From Candidatus Obscuribacteraceae bacterium (GTDB lineage: Bacteria; Cyanobacteriota; Vampirovibrionia; Obscuribacterales; Obscuribacteraceae): DNA of 64,000 nucleotides. Below are positions 58,615 to 64,000 of this stretch, in pieces. The stretch covers positions 1 to 64,000 of the forward strand of contig JBGASG010000009.1 in assembly GCA_044229845.1 (NCBI GenBank). Reading direction: 5' to 3'. The position numbers and the translations under genes are program-made. Every line of letters starts with the position of its first letter. Position 1 is the stretch's first letter. The notes under the pieces were generated by a model, which was not told the DNA's origin, ran no database searches, and worked only from the letters and a program-made list of their open reading frames with translations.

Positions 58615-59307
58615 TTAGTCGCTGGCTTCGGTCTTCGGCGCAGCGGAGGCTTCGGTCTTAGCGACTTGAGCTACTTCGACCGAATCGGCCATGGCTTTGA
58701 AGACCTTTTCAAAGATCGGATACCAGGAATCGATGGTGGTGCATGTCATGCCATAACCGGTGCCGTTGGAAACGAAGAGCACCATGTATTGCTTGAACTT
58801 GATCGGGTCCTTGCCTTCGTCCTTCATTTCTTGACCCATCACCAGCAACCGACCGGTGGTGTTTTTCAATTTGATCGGCTCATTGGTGCTGATGGTCAGC
58901 TTGTCGCCGAAGGCTTCTTTGAGACCGTTCACATTCGTATCGGCAAACTTGTCGATCGATTCGGCGTTCGGGCTCTTGTCGGCAACCACGATCAAGTTGA
59001 CTGCGCCCATGATTGTTTTGGCTCTCAAAATCTGGGAGGGCGGCAAGCCGTCGGTCTCCTTATCCCAGCTGGTCGGAAACTTCATGGAGAAGTTCGGATC
59101 TTTGAAGTCGGTCATCGCTTCCAGCGATTTGCTGGCATTGGCTGTCAGTTGTTCGGCGGTCGGCGGTTCCGCATGCGCGGCCGGCATTCCCAAGCCCTGG
59201 CAGACCATGGTCAGGAGGGCGAGTCCCACGGCGAAGCGGGTGGCTTGTTTCCGAAATCCGGTACCCTTGAAATCCGAGGTGGTGGTCTGGTGGCGCATTT
59301 CGCTCAA
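58615..59307 (-). CDS. Exported PsbP/DcrB-like protein
   Basis: Signal peptide ending AHA; FSMKFPTSW..YGMTCT..F..MADSV. Confidence 0.75.
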   Translation of the reverse strand: MSEMRHQTTTSDFKGTGFRKQATRFAVGLALLTMVCQGLGMPAAHAEPPTAEQLTANASKSLEAMTDFKDPNFSMKFPTSWDKETDGLPPSQILRAKTIMGAVNLIVVADKSPNAESIDKFADTNVNGLKEAFGDKLTISTNEPIKLKNTTGRLLVMGQEMKDEGKDPIKFKQYMVLFVSNGTGYGMTCTTIDSWYPIFEKVFKAMADSVEVAQVAKTEASAAPKTEASD

Positions 59308-59605
59308 CTCCGTTGACTAGACAGCTCCATATGATCTTACCTAACGGCTTTTATTTCAACTAATGGGCAGGCTTGCCTTAAGCAACTGGACACTTGTGCC
59401 GTATGACAACCGGTCCGGCTTATGCAGGCGAGTGACGCGCCCGCCGACCATTGCACCGTCGGTGGTGGCATCCTTGCAGCCTCGGACGCGCACGCGGACG
59501 CTGCTGCAACGTGCAGATTAAATATTGGGGGGCGGGTGCTCTGGTATCGCTGGACACGAGTGCGGCATCCGAGAGTAGAATAGAGAAAGGATCTGGAGCG
59601 TGCAA

Positions 59606-60619
59606 ATGGAAACACCCGGAGAGTACGATGCCTTCCTTCTGGTGTCATTTGGCGGTCCGGAAGGGAAAGACGACGTCATGCCTTTCCTGCGCAATGTCAC
59701 TCGCGGTCGAAACATTCCCGACAGCCGCCTGGAAGCGGTGGCGCATCACTATTACATGTTTGGCGGTGTGTCGCCTATCAACGACCTGAACAGAGCGTTG
59801 CTCGCCGACTTAAAGGATGAGTTCGAAGATTCCGGCATCAGCTTGCCTATTTACTGGGGCAACCGCAACTGGCATCCGATGTTGGAAGACACGGTGGCGC
59901 GCATGCGCGATGACGGCATCACCCGGGCGATTGCTCTGGCGACGTCGGCCTATAGCTCATATTCGAGCTGTCGCCAGTACCTCGACGACATCGAGCGGGC
60001 TCGGCAGGCCGTTGGTCCCGGTGCGCCTGTGATCGACAAAATTCCGCCCTTCTACAGTCATCCGTATTTTATTGAGGCCAATGAAGAACATCTGCGCGAT
60101 GCCATTTTTCGTTTTCCGGCTGAACAGCGGCGGTCCGTGCATGTGGCCTTTACGGCTCACAGTATTCCGCAGACGATGGCCGGCGGCTGCGACTATGCAG
60201 TGCAACTGGAAGAAACCGCGCGGCTCCTGGCTTCTCGCGTCGATTGCTTGGACTTCGCCATGGTTTATCAAAGTCGCAGCGGTCCTCCTCAGCAACCGTG
60301 GTTGGAACCCGACATCTGCGACCACATTCGCACGCTGCATGGACAAGACAAGAAACTGATCGTGATTGCACCGATTGGTTTTGTCAGCGACCACATGGAA
60401 ATCTTGTATGACCTCGATACCGAAGCCAAGGCGCTTTGCGAGGAGCTGGGCGTCACTATGCACCGTGCCTCCACGGCCGGTGCCCATCCGATTTTTATCG
60501 AGATGATTCGTGAGCTGGTCGAGGATCATCAGTCGGCGCTGGCCGACAACGGGGATCAGTCCGCCGACGCAGCCAATCGTTTGTGCCGCGAACAGTGCTG
60601 CCCCCGGCAAGTGAGCTAA
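59606..60619 (+). CDS. hemH: Ferrochelatase
   Basis: LLVSFGGPE, GGVSPIN, FTAHSIP, YQSRSG..WLEPD, PIGFVSDHMEILYDLD. Confidence 0.95.
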   Translation: METPGEYDAFLLVSFGGPEGKDDVMPFLRNVTRGRNIPDSRLEAVAHHYYMFGGVSPINDLNRALLADLKDEFEDSGISLPIYWGNRNWHPMLEDTVARMRDDGITRAIALATSAYSSYSSCRQYLDDIERARQAVGPGAPVIDKIPPFYSHPYFIEANEEHLRDAIFRFPAEQRRSVHVAFTAHSIPQTMAGGCDYAVQLEETARLLASRVDCLDFAMVYQSRSGPPQQPWLEPDICDHIRTLHGQDKKLIVIAPIGFVSDHMEILYDLDTEAKALCEELGVTMHRASTAGAHPIFIEMIRELVEDHQSALADNGDQSADAANRLCREQCCPRQVS

Positions 60620-61344
60620 GCGCTGAACACCGAGTGTGGTGCGTGCCAGTTGCCGGATACGTCGAAGCGGTCTTGATAGAAGTCGTGCCACCACATGGCG
60701 CTTTGCCAGATGGTTTCCGGGCAGGCGACGCGAGCATTGACGGAAGGCGAAAGCTCGACGCCGACCGCGCGCATGACGTTTTCTATGAAACAGGCGGATG
60801 GTTCGCCCGCTTCTTCAAGCAGCGGACTGGCAGCTTTTACTCCCCAGCAATAAGATATCCACTCAATCGTCAGCCGCACCGTATCGCAGACGGCTCGCTG
60901 GTATTTAAACTGCTCAATGCCTTGCAAAATGTCGTCTACTGAGCCCGGCACCGGAATCGAGCTGATGTTAGGAAACTGTGCCTGATCGTCGAACATGTCG
61001 AAGTTGTGCGAGAAAATTGCGTTGGTTGCCGGTGGATAGTTGAGCGGCATCGTCTCCACTAGCGGGAATGCCTGGAAGCAGGTGAATACATCCTGCTTTT
61101 GATCGTAAATCAAAAGCCCGACATGCGACCAGAGACTGGGTGTGAAGTCGTGGCGCGAGTGTGACTGGGCGATGCGAATGCGTTGAGCGGTCGGCGAAAT
61201 GCCGCCCACCAGCACCACTTGCGAAGTGTCGTTTGGATCCCAGTGCCGGCGCAACCACTCTTTGTTAGTCTCGCCCTTTTTGCGCACGGACTCGACGAAG
61301 TTTTCATTCGGCGCTGTCGATTGCGATTTCATGAGTGGGAGCAT
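60616..61344 (-). CDS. Hypothetical protein with permuted papain-like features
   Basis: VVLVGG..RIRIAQ..WSHVGL..PSACFIE..GVEL..CPETIW. Confidence 0.65.
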   Translation of the reverse strand: MLPLMKSQSTAPNENFVESVRKKGETNKEWLRRHWDPNDTSQVVLVGGISPTAQRIRIAQSHSRHDFTPSLWSHVGLLIYDQKQDVFTCFQAFPLVETMPLNYPPATNAIFSHNFDMFDDQAQFPNISSIPVPGSVDDILQGIEQFKYQRAVCDTVRLTIEWISYCWGVKAASPLLEEAGEPSACFIENVMRAVGVELSPSVNARVACPETIWQSAMWWHDFYQDRFDVSGNWHAPHSVFSA

Positions 61345-61366
61345 TGTGTAGATCCTCAGGCTGATA

Positions 61367-62749
61367 CTAATAGAAGAGTGTTCTCTTGATCATTTTGTTG
61401 TGGACTTCATCGTGGTGCAAAGGTTGATAGATGACATCTACCTGGTTGCGATAAGGGTACAGGGACACTACCGCGAAATGATTGCCCTTCTGACGCCAAT
61501 CAACATCGCAAATAAACTGTCTGGTCAGTGGACCCTCGCAATCCGACGGTTCCGGATGCCGCGGCCAGGCGCGCCACCACTCGACGGGCACAATCGGTTG
61601 ATTCTCTTTGGGGGGGACGACGCCTTGCACCAGCGAGACCGGCGAAGAGATAATTTCTGCACCGCAGATGACACCGGTTTTTCGAGAGCGCATGGTGGTG
61701 ATGCGTCCGAAGTGGACATCGCCTGTCAAAAGAAGAAACTTGCGCCCGGCCTCTTCGAATTTCTCCAGCATCTTCTGGAAGATCCAGAAATCTGAGTAGT
61801 TAGGCAGCTCGCTGTCTCTGATCTGCGCGTTTACGACGTTGGCTTTGCGGCGCAGAAGCGACTGTCCGGTTGCTATGACTGCCATGCGATAAGGATTGGC
61901 AATGGCGCGCTCGGTCCAATCCATCAGCATCTCCCACTGGCGGCGGTCCATGATGTTGCGTTCCAGTCTGGTGCTGCGCGTGTTGATGCAGGCGAACGTA
62001 AAAGGGTCGATGTCTATGAACACCGGGTCGCGAAAGTCTTCCTGGGAGCTGCTCTGGAAGGCTTGATACATGAGTTCGGCGGCGCGTGTCCAGCGCGCGC
62101 GGCTGGCTGCCGTATAGGTATTGTGAATGTGCACTTGGGCGTGAGGGTAGTTGTTCCAGTACTCGTGATCGTCGGGAATCGACAGGGACGGCGCTAACCG
62201 CAGCGCCTTGCCGTATGTGGAGCTGTCGCCGAAGTTGTTCATGTACTGCCTTTCAAACTCTTTGGCCAGCCATGATTCATCATCGAGAAACGCGAAGCGC
62301 ACCGGCACATCCAGATAGACCTGGTCGCCGAGCAAGAGGGTGAGATTCGGCTTGTTCACGCCGGGAAGTTGCGAAACCTTGGTGTCCAAATTTCTGGCCA
62401 CGTCGGTTTGATAATCGTAGCAAGACAGCAGGAGAATATTGAACCTGTCGTTCATCACATGTTTGACACCACTGACGGTGCGCAGCGCCGCTGTGTCTCC
62501 CTTAGCCAACGTTGCCGAGACGGAATACACCCGGCCGTCGTCCAATCCGACGAATTCGAAAATGCCGGTGAAGCACCCGGTCGGGTCCGGCGGATAGGTG
62601 GACTGCATTGATTTTATGACGTGCGGTTTGGCCGGTTCCTGGTCGATAGTCCAGGAGATAGCCGGTTGCGATTTCTGATGAGTGGCGGCTACCCAGCAGC
62701 GAATGCGCCCTGCGCCGGCAATTCTTGGTGCGATGGTGATGTCGCTCAT
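61367..62749 (-). CDS. PhoD-like calcineurin-fold metallophosphoesterase with no signal peptide
   Basis: LLSC, GDQVYLD, DDHEYWNN, TGDVHFG. Confidence 0.85.
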   Translation of the reverse strand: MSDITIAPRIAGAGRIRCWVAATHQKSQPAISWTIDQEPAKPHVIKSMQSTYPPDPTGCFTGIFEFVGLDDGRVYSVSATLAKGDTAALRTVSGVKHVMNDRFNILLLSCYDYQTDVARNLDTKVSQLPGVNKPNLTLLLGDQVYLDVPVRFAFLDDESWLAKEFERQYMNNFGDSSTYGKALRLAPSLSIPDDHEYWNNYPHAQVHIHNTYTAASRARWTRAAELMYQAFQSSSQEDFRDPVFIDIDPFTFACINTRSTRLERNIMDRRQWEMLMDWTERAIANPYRMAVIATGQSLLRRKANVVNAQIRDSELPNYSDFWIFQKMLEKFEEAGRKFLLLTGDVHFGRITTMRSRKTGVICGAEIISSPVSLVQGVVPPKENQPIVPVEWWRAWPRHPEPSDCEGPLTRQFICDVDWRQKGNHFAVVSLYPYRNQVDVIYQPLHHDEVHNKMIKRTLFY

Positions 62750-62902
62750 AGCCGCATCTGATCAGACTGAGGGTGCCTTGCAGGCTTTCAAGTGCGTACT
62801 TGAACTGGCCGGTGCCGTCTGCTCCAGAATCATACACGCTGCAGTCGCCGCTTGATAACCGCGCCGGCATGCGTGCTAAACTGCCGGTGGAGGTGCACAG
62901 AC

Positions 62903-63724
62903 ATGCCGGATGAGCGCGCCGAGCTGGACCTGGAAGCTCAGCAAATTTTGCGTCAGTGCAATACGATTCTGGACAACGATCACTTCGTGTACATCTCAGG
63001 TGATCACGGTGCGGGTTGGATCTCCAAAGATGCGCTTATTCCTTATACAGATAAGGTGGCACGTCTGGCGCAGTTACTGTCCCAGGCTGTTCGGTCCTCA
63101 ATGCCCGAAGCTGCTGCTGAAATCGTTTGCGGTCCGGCGATGGGCGGATTGATTATGTCGCAATGGGTCGGCCACTTTCTCAATTTACCGGCTGTCTTTG
63201 CCGAGCATGAGGAACCGGGCGGAGCCAGTCTGGGAGTCCGTCCACCATTTGTGCTCAGGCGTGGTTTTGAAAAACTGGTGAGAGGCAAAAGAGTTTTGAT
63301 CGTCGACGACATTGTCAACACGGGCCATTCGATTCGGCAGACTGCTCAAGCCGTCAAGTCCGCCGGTGGCGAAGTGGTGGCAGCCGCCGCTTACTGCTCG
63401 CGAGGAAACTGTGATGCCAAAGCCATGGGTGTGCCGCGCTTTATCTATCTGGTAGAGTTCGAGATACCCTTTTGGAGCGCCGACTCATGTCGCCTCTGCC
63501 AAGAAAATGTGCCGATCAACACCCAATTTGCACACGGGTTGGAGTTTTTGTCGGTGCCGCCATCAGTCCATGCATCTGTTGATACTGAACGGTCTGCTTC
63601 ATTCCGTCGATGGCCAGGACGGTGGCCGATTGCGCCCACGCCAGTGGCTCGTTGGCATCCGAGACCCAGCGTCCAGTCTGGGGATCGACGATATAAGCTT
63701 CGGGTATTTTCCAGCGCTCGTTGA
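62903..63724 (+). CDS. pyrE: Orotate phosphoribosyltransferase-like type I PRTase with run-on C-terminus
   Basis: HFVYISGDH, CGPAMGG, VLIVDDIVNTGHS, CRLC. Confidence 0.75.
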   Translation: MPDERAELDLEAQQILRQCNTILDNDHFVYISGDHGAGWISKDALIPYTDKVARLAQLLSQAVRSSMPEAAAEIVCGPAMGGLIMSQWVGHFLNLPAVFAEHEEPGGASLGVRPPFVLRRGFEKLVRGKRVLIVDDIVNTGHSIRQTAQAVKSAGGEVVAAAAYCSRGNCDAKAMGVPRFIYLVEFEIPFWSADSCRLCQENVPINTQFAHGLEFLSVPPSVHASVDTERSASFRRWPGRWPIAPTPVARWHPRPSVQSGDRRYKLRVFSSAR

Positions 63725-64000
63725 CGGTGCCCAGCGATCGGTTGAAGTGCTCGGTCTGCCGCTGCAAGTATTCGGGATTGCCGGTGCGCCGATACATCTC
63801 TCCGAAGATCACGGAAATCATCGGCGACACGTGTGACCACTGCGCCTCCTGACGAGGTCCGAGATCGGTGCGATTGACGCGTCCGTCCCAGACATCTTTT
63901 GGATAACGAGCAATTCCGATCGGTCCCATCAGATCGCGCTCGATGGTGTTGATGATTTGCACCGTCATGGCATCGCTCACCAGCGGTTTGCCGGAGACGG
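63516..64000 (-). CDS. GH15 / phosphorylase-kinase-like glycoside hydrolase, C-terminal part (runs off the window)
   Basis: GIARYPKD, EAQW, IPEAY, PLAWAQS. Confidence 0.7.
   Translation of the reverse strand, partial: VSGKPLVSDAMTVQIINTIERDLMGPIGIARYPKDVWDGRVNRTDLGPRQEAQWSHVSPMISVIFGEMYRRTGNPEYLQRQTEHFNRSLGTVNERWKIPEAYIVDPQTGRWVSDANEPLAWAQSATVLAIDGMKQTVQYQQMHGLMAAPTKTPTRVQIGC

Overview
This is a gene-dense, moderately GC-rich bacterial window with about 58 protein-coding genes. I recognised no rRNA, tRNA, CRISPR array or transposase. The gene content suggests a non-photosynthetic cyanobacterium (Melainabacteria/Vampirovibrionia, Obscuribacterales-like); this is inference, not a database result. 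Signalling genes dominate: seven Hanks-type Ser/Thr kinase loci (most with TM plus TPR-like tails), two HAMP/PAS histidine kinases, an OmpR-family regulator and a REC-HPt-REC-REC-degenerate GGDEF protein. Metabolic and transport genes include a complete paoABC-xdhC-mocA molybdoenzyme operon, a TetR with a divergent devBCA-type exporter, a GH30 hydrolase, a sugar porter, an amidase, ferrochelatase, a ferritin-like protein, a macrodomain protein, a PLD and a dual-specificity phosphatase. The most interesting signals are non-coding. (1) Three promoters share one architecture with identical spacing (CTGGTAA-MGTCW-CGGTAA-N8-TG-N-TANNTT), and one lies beside the OmpR gene. (2) Two unlinked loci of small treble-clef zinc-ribbon genes share an upstream TTCCAA-N8-TTGGAA-A-N4-CGTGRTA motif, and one of them is followed by a four-hairpin candidate structured RNA. 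Two kinases also carry clean deletions in the catalytic core, and there are several palindromic intergenic repeats and divergent enzyme-like orphans.
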